64,000 nucleotides of DNA, from positions 7,580 through 71,579 of the forward strand of contig CAYYUG010000003.1 in the NCBI GenBank assembly GCA_964474755.1, given 5' to 3'. Made by a program: the position numbers and the translations under genes. Position 1 is the stretch's first letter. Each line of letters starts with the position of its first letter. This stretch comes from an uncultured Rhodospirillaceae bacterium. Lineage in GTDB: Bacteria; Pseudomonadota; Alphaproteobacteria; UBA8366; GCA-2717185. This document shows positions 1-8,812 of the stretch, one piece after another. The notes beneath the pieces are model-generated. The model searched no databases. It was not told the origin of the DNA and was given only the letters and a program-made list of their open reading frames with translations.

Positions 1-235
1 CCCGCCACTCCGTCGGGCGCATTCGACGGCGCTCGACGAATGCGCTGTCATGCATGTTGGCGCCATAGGCAAAATACCAGACCGCATCCTCAGGCTGTCC
101 ATCAAGGCGCAAGCCCCAGCTTCGATACCAGAGCTGTGCTAGGGGCCATGCGCGTGTTGCGATGGCCACCCAAAGGTGCCGGATCCGTCTGGGTGCGCGA
201 GCGCGTTTACGCGTATGTGTTGGTGCGGTGGACAT
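1..235 (-). CDS. gamma-glutamylcyclotransferase (GGCT/AIG2-like) family protein, N-terminal part; runs off the left edge of the window
   Basis: Manual translation of the minus strand from ATG 235..233 gives MSTAPTHTRKRARAPRRIRHLWVAIATRAWPLAQLWYRSWGLRLDGQPEDAVWYFAYGANMHDSAFVERRRMRPTEW. The YFAYGANM...F..R segment resembles the N-terminal signature of the GGCT/AIG2 fold. It is absent from the ORF track because no stop codon lies inside the window. Confidence 0.4.
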   Translation of the reverse strand, partial: MSTAPTHTRKRARAPRRIRHLWVAIATRAWPLAQLWYRSWGLRLDGQPEDAVWYFAYGANMHDSAFVERRRMRPTEWR

Positions 236-341
236 CTTTCGTGGATAGCCGATCCGCTCCCCGAATGAAAGACAGGGCGTTTTCATTTTTGTGTCGAAGC
301 TCTATTTTCCGGCCGCAGACAGAGCGTTTCAGGAGATTTTA

Positions 342-1457
342 ATGAAAAACCGAATGTGTGAGATGTTCGGCATCGATTTACCAATTTTTGCCTTTTCCCA
401 CTGCCGCGACGTTGTAGTTGAAGTGTCTAAGGCCGGGGGGATGGGCGTGCTCGGGATGGCCCGCATGAGCCCCGATCAAGTCGAAGCAGATCTAAAGTGG
501 ATCGACGATCACATCGAAGGCAAACCCTACGGTATTGACGTGTTGATGCCGCAAAAGATCGACGATGTCAGCGAGATGAAATACGACCCGGACGAGCTTC
601 TGCCGAAGGAGCATGTCCAGTTCGTTCGCGACATGCTCGACAAGGCGGGCATCCCTGAATTACCAGAAGCTGAGGACACCGAGCTGAAGCGCGAAATCGT
701 CAAGGGCATGAATTTTACGCCTCGCGAAAGCCTGGAGATGATCAAGGTCTGTATGAAGCACCCGATCAAATTAATCGTAAACGCTTTGGGCTCGCCGCCC
801 AAGAGCTTGGTTGAAGAGGCGCACGCCAAGGGCATCAAAGTAGGTGCTCTTGCCGGGAAGCCGCGGCACGCCATCAAGCATCGCGATGTGGGCTGCGATT
901 TCGTCGTCGCCGTTGGAACGGAGGCGGGAGGTCACACCGGTGAGCTTTCTTCCATGGTGCTTTGGCCTAGCATCGTCGATGCGGTGGCGCCGATGCCGGT
1001 ACTTGGGGCCGGCGGTGTCGGGCGTGGCCGGCAGATGGCGGCGGCCCTAGTTCTGGGTTGCGAGGGTATTTGGGCCGGCTCACTGTGGCTTAAGACGGCG
1101 CAAAGCGAAGTGATCCCCGAGATCAAGGCTAAGATGTTTGAAGCAGAGCATAGCGATTCTATTCTGACGACGACGGTGACCGGAAAACCGTGCCGGACAC
1201 TGAACAACGCTTTCTCGCGCGCCTATGACGCGCCTGGCGCGCCGAAGACCCTGCCGGCTCCGGCGCAAAACTACCTGTGGTGGCAAGAAGGTCGAACGCG
1301 GGTGGAACGGGTGCGCGCCAAAGATTTCCTAACCTATCCTGTCGGACAAGTGGTCGGCGATATGAAGGAGGAGATCTCCGTCAAGGAGACCGTCTACGAT
1401 TTGCTGAATGAAATGCTTGACGCGAAGGATCGTCTAGATGGGATGATCGGAAAATGA
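342..1457 (+). CDS. nitronate monooxygenase / 2-nitropropane dioxygenase family FMN oxidoreductase
   Basis: ORF 291..1457 trimmed to ATG 342, which has AGGAG 6 nt upstream. MFGIDLPIFAFSH, GGMGVLG and VGTEAGGHTG segments are typical of the NMO (PF03060) TIM-barrel family. Confidence 0.8.
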   Translation: MKNRMCEMFGIDLPIFAFSHCRDVVVEVSKAGGMGVLGMARMSPDQVEADLKWIDDHIEGKPYGIDVLMPQKIDDVSEMKYDPDELLPKEHVQFVRDMLDKAGIPELPEAEDTELKREIVKGMNFTPRESLEMIKVCMKHPIKLIVNALGSPPKSLVEEAHAKGIKVGALAGKPRHAIKHRDVGCDFVVAVGTEAGGHTGELSSMVLWPSIVDAVAPMPVLGAGGVGRGRQMAAALVLGCEGIWAGSLWLKTAQSEVIPEIKAKMFEAEHSDSILTTTVTGKPCRTLNNAFSRAYDAPGAPKTLPAPAQNYLWWQEGRTRVERVRAKDFLTYPVGQVVGDMKEEISVKETVYDLLNEMLDAKDRLDGMIGK

Positions 1458-1763
1458 ATAAGATTACACGTTGCCTGTTATTTACACCTGCATCAGCAGC
1501 GTTCCTGAGGCTGCTGCGCTGCGATGCATTAAACAGCACTAATCCCACGGGACAGTGTTCGCCAGCTTTCTAAGGATGGCAGCATTTCTTGACAACATAT
1601 CCCTTCAAGCTGTCGCAAGATGGGCTAACTGCAATGCTACTTGGCGTTAGGGGGTCGGAGCTTCCGTGCTACCAATCCCTCGGTTTTACTAATGCAACGG
1701 ATGCCTGCCTTAGATTTTTCCTTTCGGTTACCGGACAGAGCGTCAAAGGTCGCGCTCAAATTG

Positions 1764-1795
1764 TTAGAAATAGTGCTGACGTCAGTATTAGAAAT
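1764..1795. repeat. 10-bp palindrome CTGACGTCAG (1776..1785) flanked by the direct repeat TTAGAAAT (1764..1771 and 1788..1795)
   Basis: Read directly. It lies inside the 570-bp non-coding gap 1458..2026. Confidence 0.3.
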
Positions 1796-2026
1796 TTTTA
1801 GTCAACACGTTGCCGACATAGAAAATTGAGAATTCATCAGCGGTTCCAGCTTGCCAAAACGCCCTAATTCTATCGGTGCAAATAATCGCTCGGGAAAGTG
1901 CAACACTGGATATTCACACGACGCCAAGAGGGGAAATGCCGTTCACCTCCCCAATTGGCGAAGGCAGGTAAAGCCTAGTAATTCAACCTAAGAACTCTTT
2001 TGAAACTCACTCCAGGCCAAGGTCTG

Positions 2027-2911
2027 TCATGATTTCTTCGCGGCACGCCCTTTCACTGAGCGTGGTCCCATCGGTTCCGGCTGGAACGGGCCGTCGCGCA
2101 TCTGCAGATAGGAACGCACGCCATCCGTGCGCTGTTTTTCAAAGAGTGCTTCGCGATACTCGGTGTGCGAAGAATGGGCTATGGCGCCGAGTGTCCCTTC
2201 CAGTATTAGAGCGGCGTTGATGCCGGCGGCCTGGATGCCTTGCATTGCAATCGCTTTGTTCAGCCGAACTGCAGGCTCCGGCACTAAAGCAATGCGGGCG
2301 GCCAGTGCTCGGGCTTTGTCCATCAACTCATCGTGGGGAACGAGTTCATTGATCATGCCAATTCGATAGGCCTCTTCGGCGTCGAAATGATCTCCGGTGA
2401 GTGCCCATCGGTTAGCGTTCTTCCAGCCACACAACGCGGTAAAAAGATAGGTCGTGTTTGAGACATGACGGACTTCGGGTTGCGCAAAAACCGCCTTCTC
2501 GGATGCGATGGTAATATCGGCCGCAAGTTGGTACCAAAAGCCCCCGCCCATCGCCCATCCATTGACTGCGGCGATTATCGGCTTGCCAAGCTTCCACATG
2601 TGGCCCCATTTTTCGACATTCTTGGCGTCGCCCCGCTGCCACGCCTCAAGATATTCCGCTATGCTGAGACCCGTCGGGTCCGTCTTCTTGCGACCACTTT
2701 CACCCGCACCCTGGTCGTAGCCGGCGCTAAAAGCAGCGCCGGCGCCGGTCATGATAATTACCCGTACGTCCTTATCTGCGTCCGCATCGTCAAAAGCGCG
2801 ATGCAGATCGGCTTCCATTTTCGGTGTCAGTGCATTCATTGCTTCAGGGCGATTTAACGTAATCGTCGCGATACTATCTTCGACTTCGTAAAGTAGGCCT
2901 TCGTAATCCAT
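2027..2911 (-). CDS. enoyl-CoA hydratase/isomerase (crotonase) family protein
   Basis: MDYEGLLYEVEDSIATITLNRPEAMNALT...MTGAGAAFSAGYD is the crotonase N-terminal pattern. ATG 2911 has GAGGAG 7 nt upstream. An alternative ATG at 2926 overlaps the upstream aldolase stop (ATGA). Confidence 0.85.
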   Translation of the reverse strand: MDYEGLLYEVEDSIATITLNRPEAMNALTPKMEADLHRAFDDADADKDVRVIIMTGAGAAFSAGYDQGAGESGRKKTDPTGLSIAEYLEAWQRGDAKNVEKWGHMWKLGKPIIAAVNGWAMGGGFWYQLAADITIASEKAVFAQPEVRHVSNTTYLFTALCGWKNANRWALTGDHFDAEEAYRIGMINELVPHDELMDKARALAARIALVPEPAVRLNKAIAMQGIQAAGINAALILEGTLGAIAHSSHTEYREALFEKQRTDGVRSYLQMRDGPFQPEPMGPRSVKGRAAKKS

Positions 2912-2922
2912 GGTGCGTCTCC

Positions 2923-3708
2923 TCATACCTTTAGATTATTGAAAAAAGCGCCGCGCGACTTTCCTCCGGCGAGGATGAAGGACATGTCGGCGCCACCAAG
3001 GAAGAAGCGCATTCCACGTTTGACAAAGTCCGGCAGGATGTTTTCGTCATAGACGCCGCCTAGACCGGCAATTTTTCCAGCACCGTGGGCCGCGGCGATG
3101 ACCTCGTCGATCGCGGCTAAAAATTCCGGATTAGTGGATTGTCCTGGGATACCCATCGTCGTCGACAGATCCGAGCCGCCGACCAGGAGGACGTCGACGC
3201 CGTCGACGGCGGCGATCTCACCGGCATTCTTTACCGCTTCCGGTGTTTCGATCATCATGACGACAAGCGTTTCATCGTTCCCGCCCTCCGTTGCCTCCTT
3301 CGGCGGAACGGCCTCGTATTCGAGTAGCGGTCCACCGTAGGTCATTGACCGGATACCGAGCGGCGGGAAACGGCAGGCCGAACTGAAGGCGCGAGCCTCT
3401 TTTGCGTTCTGGACATGTGGGAAGATGATGCCTTGAGCGCCAGCATCCAGGATGCGGGCGGCCCGGTTGGTATCGCCCTCAGGCACTCGAACGATCGGCG
3501 TGATATCTACGGGCAGGGAGGCAGCACAAATTTGTCCTGCTGTATCAAGATCCATAGTTGAATGCTCGAGATCGATGAACAGCCAGTGGAAGCCGCAGGC
3601 CTTGGCTATTTGCGGCGCCTCGACTGTTCGTAGACGGCTAAGATTAAAGCTGGCGGCAAGTTTGCCTTCTTGCAGGCGCCGTTTGACGGCATTTGCGACG
3701 ACGGCCAT
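2923..3708 (-). CDS. HpcH/HpaI aldolase / citrate-lyase-beta family protein
   Basis: ORF 2923..3858 trimmed to ATG 3708 (AGGAGA upstream). GFHWLFIDLEHS, PIVRVPEGD and MIETPEAV segments are typical of the HpcH/HpaI (PF03328) family. Confidence 0.8.
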   Translation of the reverse strand: MAVVANAVKRRLQEGKLAASFNLSRLRTVEAPQIAKACGFHWLFIDLEHSTMDLDTAGQICAASLPVDITPIVRVPEGDTNRAARILDAGAQGIIFPHVQNAKEARAFSSACRFPPLGIRSMTYGGPLLEYEAVPPKEATEGGNDETLVVMMIETPEAVKNAGEIAAVDGVDVLLVGGSDLSTTMGIPGQSTNPEFLAAIDEVIAAAHGAGKIAGLGGVYDENILPDFVKRGMRFFLGGADMSFILAGGKSRGAFFNNLKV

Positions 3709-3872
3709 GGCTGTTTTTCTCCTGTACTGACTGTTCGGTTGTTGGCTGTCATTTTGCGCGTCCGACACTTCCCTTTCAAACCATGATCGTGATTTGTATT
3801 TACCGGGGTTGCGGGAAGCGGTTTCGGCGGCGATCATTCCCGCAAACAATTTAGTCATCGAAGGAGCCTGTC

Positions 3873-4793
3873 ATGGCTGACAAGAAGATCGAATTCGGTA
3901 CGACCCTGCGGTCGGTCTACAACATCGCAAAACTGGCGAAACAGATCGAGGATCTGGGTTACGACTTTCTTGGCTGCGGCGAACATGTCAGCTTCCATGG
4001 TGAGACGGCGAATGGCCTGGTCTCCCTATCGGTTGCAGCTGGTGCAACGGAGCGCATCCGTTTGATGAGCGCGATCACCTTGGTGCCGCTCTACCCGGCA
4101 GCCCTGCTTGCGAAGATGGGTGCCGCTCTGGATGTAGCGTCTAATGGTCGCTTCACACTTGGTGTCGGTGTCGGCGGTGAGTTTCCGAACGAATTCGAGG
4201 CCTGCGGTGTTCCCGTGAAGCAGCGTGGCTCTCGAACCGACGATGCACTAGAGGTTATTACTCGAACATGGACGCAAACTGATGTGACCTACGAAGGTCG
4301 CTATACGACGCTCAAAAATTTCAGTCTGAAACCCTTGCCGATACAAAAACCACATCCGCCGATCTGGGTTTCAGGCCGGACCGACGCTGCGATGAAACGG
4401 GCGGCGAAATATGGCGATGGTTGGTTGCCTTATATGTACACGCCGGAACACCTCGCCAATAGCATCAAGAAAATCAAGGCATTTGGCGAGGAGGTCGGCA
4501 CCGATCTGTCAGATTTTACCTTCGCGCTTTACATCTTCTCCGCCGTGCATGAGGACCGTGAAACGGCGGTGAAATACGCTGCAGAACGGCTAAGCAAGCA
4601 GTATGCGCAGGATTTCAGTCAGCTCGTGCATAAATACGCGCTCGCCGGCGACCCTGACACATGCAAGGCGCGGCTGCAGGAATATATCGATGCGGGCGCC
4701 AGTGCGGTCTTTGTGTCGTCAGCCTGTCCCGACGATTATATCGACACCAATCTGGAGATGCTCGCCAAATCGGTCATCCCCGCTTTCCGCTGA
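3873..4793 (+). CDS. luciferase-like (LLM) flavin/F420-dependent oxidoreductase
   Basis: 306-aa ORF with AAGGAG upstream. LGYDFLGCGEHV...RFTLGVGVGG...PHPPIWVSG is the LLM (PF00296) pattern. Confidence 0.8.
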   Translation: MADKKIEFGTTLRSVYNIAKLAKQIEDLGYDFLGCGEHVSFHGETANGLVSLSVAAGATERIRLMSAITLVPLYPAALLAKMGAALDVASNGRFTLGVGVGGEFPNEFEACGVPVKQRGSRTDDALEVITRTWTQTDVTYEGRYTTLKNFSLKPLPIQKPHPPIWVSGRTDAAMKRAAKYGDGWLPYMYTPEHLANSIKKIKAFGEEVGTDLSDFTFALYIFSAVHEDRETAVKYAAERLSKQYAQDFSQLVHKYALAGDPDTCKARLQEYIDAGASAVFVSSACPDDYIDTNLEMLAKSVIPAFR

Positions 4794-4808
4794 TCGGAGT
4801 TTGTCTGT

Positions 4809-5837
4809 ATGAAACTTGGCATGACCACGGGGAGCGGCAACCGCCAGGTTGCCCTCGATATGGAGATGATCTTGGAAGCGGAGCGTCTCGGCTACGACAT
4901 CGTCCGCACGTCGGAATCCTATGGCAGCGACGCTGTCAGTACCGCCGCCTTCATTCTAGCGCAGACGACAAAGATCCATGTCGGCACCGGAATTATGCAG
5001 TTTGGCGCGCGAACGCCGGCCATGACGGCAATGACGGCGATCAGCCTCGATCATCTATCAGGTGGCCGGTTCCGGCTTGGGCTCGGCCTTTCTGGACCGC
5101 AGGTCATCGAAGGTTGGCATGGGCAGCGCTTTGGCAAACCGCTTGGCATGACGCGGGAATACGTTGCGATCGTGCGCAATATCTTTAAACGCGAGGGTCC
5201 GATGGAACATCATGGGGCCTATTACGACATTCCCTATGCTGGCCAGGATGCTACGGGCCTTGGTAAGCCTTTGAAGTCGATCACACATGCGCGTGAGGAC
5301 CTGCCAATTTACCTCGCTGCCATGGGACCAAAGATGCTGTCTCTGAGCGGAGAAATTTCTGATGGGGTCGTGCCAGGCATGTTTTCACCAGAGAAATGGC
5401 CATCGCTCGAGAAACCACTCTGCGACGGCTTCGCCAAAGCGGGCGGTGCTAAGGATTTCGATAGTTTTGATCTTGCGCCGGCCGTACCGGTGTCGTTAGG
5501 CGGCAATACGCAGGAATGTCGCGACAGGCTAAAGCCTTATTACGCACGATATATCGGCGGTATGGGTGCGCGCGAGGTGAATTTCCACAATGCCAACGTT
5601 CGCCGGCTCGGCTTCGATGACATGGCAGACCGTATCCAAACGCTCTTCCTCGATGGCAAGCGAAATGAGGCAGTGGCCGCGGTAGATGATGATTTCATAG
5701 ACGAGGTTGCATTGTGCGGTCCGCGCGAGCGCATCAAGGAGCGTTTGACACGCTACACGATGCTACCGATACAGACCTTCCAGGTTCGTTTCCCGACGGT
5801 GGATACGATCCGGCTGATGGCCGAACTGATCAACTGA
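4809..5837 (+). CDS. luciferase-like (LLM) flavin/F420-dependent oxidoreductase
   Basis: 342-aa ORF. GTGIMQFGARTPAMTAMTAISLDHLSGGRFRLGLGLSGPQVIEGWHG is an LLM core. It is a clear paralog of 56259..57296. Confidence 0.85.
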   Translation: MKLGMTTGSGNRQVALDMEMILEAERLGYDIVRTSESYGSDAVSTAAFILAQTTKIHVGTGIMQFGARTPAMTAMTAISLDHLSGGRFRLGLGLSGPQVIEGWHGQRFGKPLGMTREYVAIVRNIFKREGPMEHHGAYYDIPYAGQDATGLGKPLKSITHAREDLPIYLAAMGPKMLSLSGEISDGVVPGMFSPEKWPSLEKPLCDGFAKAGGAKDFDSFDLAPAVPVSLGGNTQECRDRLKPYYARYIGGMGAREVNFHNANVRRLGFDDMADRIQTLFLDGKRNEAVAAVDDDFIDEVALCGPRERIKERLTRYTMLPIQTFQVRFPTVDTIRLMAELIN

Positions 5838-6318
5838 TATCCTTCTCCGGTCGTTCGAATATCATACAACTCGTCGTTGCATGGGCGAGAAGTTTGCCGG
5901 AGGTATCTGTGATTTTGCCTTCCGCGTAACCGGCACGACGACCGCTGCGCAGGACTGTGCCGATCGCAGTGAGCGTACCGCTATCGGGTAAAACTGGTCG
6001 CATGAATGTGATCTTAAACTCTAAGGTCGTAGAGCTGAGGCCCTGTTCGAGGGTCGTCGCCACTGCGAGGCCCATACAGGCGTCGAGCAAAGTGGCGGAA
6101 TAGCCGCCATGCACAGTACCTTGTGGGTTCAGATGCTCCCTTGTCGGTGCGGCCGTAATGACGACTTGGCCGACCTCTGCCTCTACCACGTCATAGTCGA
6201 GTACCTTTGCCATGGTGTTGAGTGGCTGCGACCCGTCAACAAGGCCCTGCACAAAGGCGAGACCACTCATCTTACGTTGTTCGGAATTTGGCACCGTGCC
6301 GTAGTGTTTATCCGCCAT
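5830..6318 (-). CDS. PaaI-family (hotdog fold) thioesterase
   Basis: 162-aa ORF. NPQGTVHGGYSATLLDACMGLAV is the PaaI/4HBT-type hotdog signature. Its 3' end overlaps the convergent LLM gene by 8 nt. Confidence 0.8.
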   Translation of the reverse strand: MADKHYGTVPNSEQRKMSGLAFVQGLVDGSQPLNTMAKVLDYDVVEAEVGQVVITAAPTREHLNPQGTVHGGYSATLLDACMGLAVATTLEQGLSSTTLEFKITFMRPVLPDSGTLTAIGTVLRSGRRAGYAEGKITDTSGKLLAHATTSCMIFERPEKDIS

Positions 6319-7159
6319 CAGCTTATCTCCAAGGATAGGCCGGTGAAACGCGGCAGCCTGCCATCCTGATAGGTCTCGACGCCTTTTTTGTAATCGTCTC
6401 TTAGCATGTGGTCTCCAATTAGATATTTAAAGTCTTTGAGTGATTTTGGGATAGCGTGTTGCATGAGCTGAGTGCAAAACTGTCTTTTGGCGGTCAGTAT
6501 CGCGGCTGGAGAGGTCTGTCGTACCGCGTGATTAGCGGCAGCCAAAACCCGCAAGGATACTTGTTGTAAGGGTAGAACGCATTGAGGAATTCAATCTCCT
6601 AGGCTTATCCAGCCGGATAATATTATTCACTTAACATGATATTGACGGCATGGGTTACGCCGACTAAACGCGGCAGAACCCAGGACAGACTAGTTTCGGA
6701 TGGCAGGCAGAGGCGTAGTCCGGCTGTATTGAATTTTGATCCGAACGCGTCGTAGCGCAGGTCGCAGAAGTTTGCCAGGTTTTGGGCTATATCCGCGCTG
6801 TCGCTATTCATTACGGCGATCACCGGCTTCAGTAGGCGCCAATGCAAGACCATGCCATGGTCAAAGCCCGGCCCGGCATAGAAACTGGGCTTTTCAAATC
6901 GTTGTCATGCACCGGTTGGGCGTAATCCTCGCAGCTATCGGAATAGCGATTGAGCGCCTTCGCATCTGCACCGACATAGAATTGCCGCCCCGTAACGGTG
7001 AGATGGCTACTCGGACGTCGGTTTTGGCGTCGGGCTGCGCCATGTGCCAGCGATACTCGACATTTTACTGCATCGTTGATGAGTTGCCACGCTGTGGGTT
7101 GTCCAGATATACCGTGACAACCTCAATCTCGATCGTGCATTGCGTGACGTTGCACTCCA
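6318..7159 (-). pseudogene. decayed enoyl-CoA hydratase/isomerase (crotonase) gene with several frame disruptions
   Basis: Crotonase-like segments lie in three different minus-strand frames. MECNVTQCTIEIEVVTVYLDNPQRGNSSTMQ runs from ATG 7159 to a stop at 7066..7064. It is followed by ...DAKTDVRVAISP, then HLTVTGRQFYVGADAKALNRY, then (after an in-frame TGA) FYAGPGFDHGMVLHWRLLKPVIAVMNSDSADIAQNLANFCDLRYD...LPRLVG (ORF 6623..6853), then the C-terminal DYKKGVETYQDGRLPRF (ORF 6318..6554). Confidence 0.7.
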
Positions 7160-7237
7160 TCGTGATGACCTTCTTTCATCCGGTCGTGGGCAGACCGTAA
7201 CGAAATCGGCCCGATGGGCAAACAAAAGGAAATATAA

Positions 7238-7870
7238 ATGTTCTATGAGCCGAAAGACGGCCACGGCCTGTCAAAAAACCCGTTCAACAGCCTCGTAGTA
7301 CCGCGGCCCATCGGCTGGATTAGCAGCGTAGACAAAAACGGCGTCGTTAACTTAGCACCGTATAGTTTTTTTAACGCGACGAGCTACAGTCCGCCGACAG
7401 TGATGTTCTCCGCAGGCAAGGGGCAGGTCGAGGATGATGGACGCAAGGATTCGCTGCGCAACATTATCGAGACAGGCGAGTTCGTGCACAATTTTACGAA
7501 CTGGGACACTCGAGAGGCGATGAACGAAAGCTCGGCGACGACGTCGATGGATGTTGACGAGATGGCGATGGTTGGATTGACACCGGTTTCGTCGAAGCTG
7601 ATCAAGGCGCCGCGCGTAAAGGAGACGCCGATACATTTTGAATGCAAGCTTATCCAGACCGTCGACCTGCCTAACGAAAATTTAGATGACAAATACACGG
7701 TAGTCTTCGGTGAGGTTATTGGCATTCATATTGACGACGAGTTCATTCTGCCGAGCGGCCAGATCGATATCGCGAAGCTCCATCCAATCGCTCGTATGGG
7801 CTATCAGGACTATAGCGAGGTTACGGGCGAGACCGTTTTCACCATGGTGCGGCCAGGCATTCGGGAGTAA
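7238..7870 (+). CDS. flavin reductase family protein (FMN-binding split barrel)
   Basis: 210-aa ORF. NPFNSLVVPRPIGWISSVDKNGVVNLAPYSFFNA is typical of flavin reductase-like domain proteins (PF01613). Confidence 0.8.
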   Translation: MFYEPKDGHGLSKNPFNSLVVPRPIGWISSVDKNGVVNLAPYSFFNATSYSPPTVMFSAGKGQVEDDGRKDSLRNIIETGEFVHNFTNWDTREAMNESSATTSMDVDEMAMVGLTPVSSKLIKAPRVKETPIHFECKLIQTVDLPNENLDDKYTVVFGEVIGIHIDDEFILPSGQIDIAKLHPIARMGYQDYSEVTGETVFTMVRPGIRE

Positions 7871-7878
7871 CGCCTGAC

Positions 7879-8745
7879 ATGTCCCCGTCGCCGGCTCTTG
7901 GGGCAACCGCAATATTGCTTGCGGGTGTTGTCCTAAGCTTCAGCGGGCTAATCGTTCGGCATATCGAGGCGGCGGACGACTGGCAAATCGTGTTCTACCG
8001 CTCGTTGGTCGTTGCTATCTCGCTGACGCTGCTCATGATCCTGCGAGACCGACTAAAGTTTATTTTGGTGGTTCGACGCAGCGGATGGGCAGGTCTCTGT
8101 GCCGGTCTTTCGATTGCGGTGTCAATGGTGACATTCGTTCTTGCCATTAATGCGACGAGCGTCGCCAACACGCTTTTCATGCTCGCGGCGGCACCCTTCT
8201 TGGCCGCTGTGCTAGGCTGGTTGCTGCTACGGGAACGCCTCGAACGGGCGACCTGGGTGGCTATGCTGCTGGCATTAGGTGGCGTCGGTGCCATGGTCTG
8301 GCATGGGGTGACCGGGGGCAGTCTTTTTGGCAACGCAATGGCCCTTCTGACGGCGTTAGGCTTCGCCGGATTTAGCGTTGCGCTGCGTTTTGGACGCCAG
8401 ACAGACATGTTACCTGCGGTCTGTTTTGCTGGGTATGCGAGTGCCGCTGCGGCGGCGTGTGTCGTTTCGTATTCAGGATCTAGTTTTGTCCTTCCCGTTC
8501 ACGAATACGGTCTCTGCCTTCTCTTTGGCGCCGTCGTGGCATGCGGTCTCGGCACCTATGCATTTGGGGGGCGCGCCGTTCCGGCGGCTGTGTTGGCGTT
8601 GCTGTCGCTGACCGAAGTGCTTCTCGGACCGTTATGGGTATGGCTTCTTTTGGGGGAAGTTCCGCATTTGATGACGCTGATCGGCGGTGGCATCCTGCTG
8701 GCAGCGATCGTTGGGCAAGCAACAGCAAGTTTAGGTCGTGGGTAG
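7879..8745 (+). CDS. EamA/DMT-family transporter
   Basis: 288-aa strongly hydrophobic ORF with about 10 predicted helices in two similar halves, as in the EamA family. Confidence 0.7.
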   Translation: MSPSPALGATAILLAGVVLSFSGLIVRHIEAADDWQIVFYRSLVVAISLTLLMILRDRLKFILVVRRSGWAGLCAGLSIAVSMVTFVLAINATSVANTLFMLAAAPFLAAVLGWLLLRERLERATWVAMLLALGGVGAMVWHGVTGGSLFGNAMALLTALGFAGFSVALRFGRQTDMLPAVCFAGYASAAAAACVVSYSGSSFVLPVHEYGLCLLFGAVVACGLGTYAFGGRAVPAAVLALLSLTEVLLGPLWVWLLLGEVPHLMTLIGGGILLAAIVGQATASLGRG

Positions 8746-8812
8746 ACAATTTCTGTAACTCTCCGCGGGAGACGACGTAAGCTGCCGGGAAATAATAGAC
8801 CGCGAGACCGCT

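Noticed and set aside
40-342. 100-aa plus-strand ORF at the left edge
   Set aside because: It has an Arg/Trp/Cys/His-rich composition with no family resemblance. It is antisense to the better-supported GGCT-like reading frame (YFAYGANM) and overlaps the RBS and start of the NMO gene.
1494-1516. Hairpin CAGCAGC-gttcctgag-GCTGCTG after the NMO gene as an intrinsic terminator
   Set aside because: There is no U-tract after the stem (it is followed by CGCTGCGATGC). It may still be a structural element, but terminator identity is unsupported.
6884-6889. In-frame TGA within the crotonase-like sequence as a possible selenocysteine codon
   Set aside because: The same gene also needs several frameshifts to be read, and crotonases are not known selenoproteins. 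Decay is the simpler explanation.
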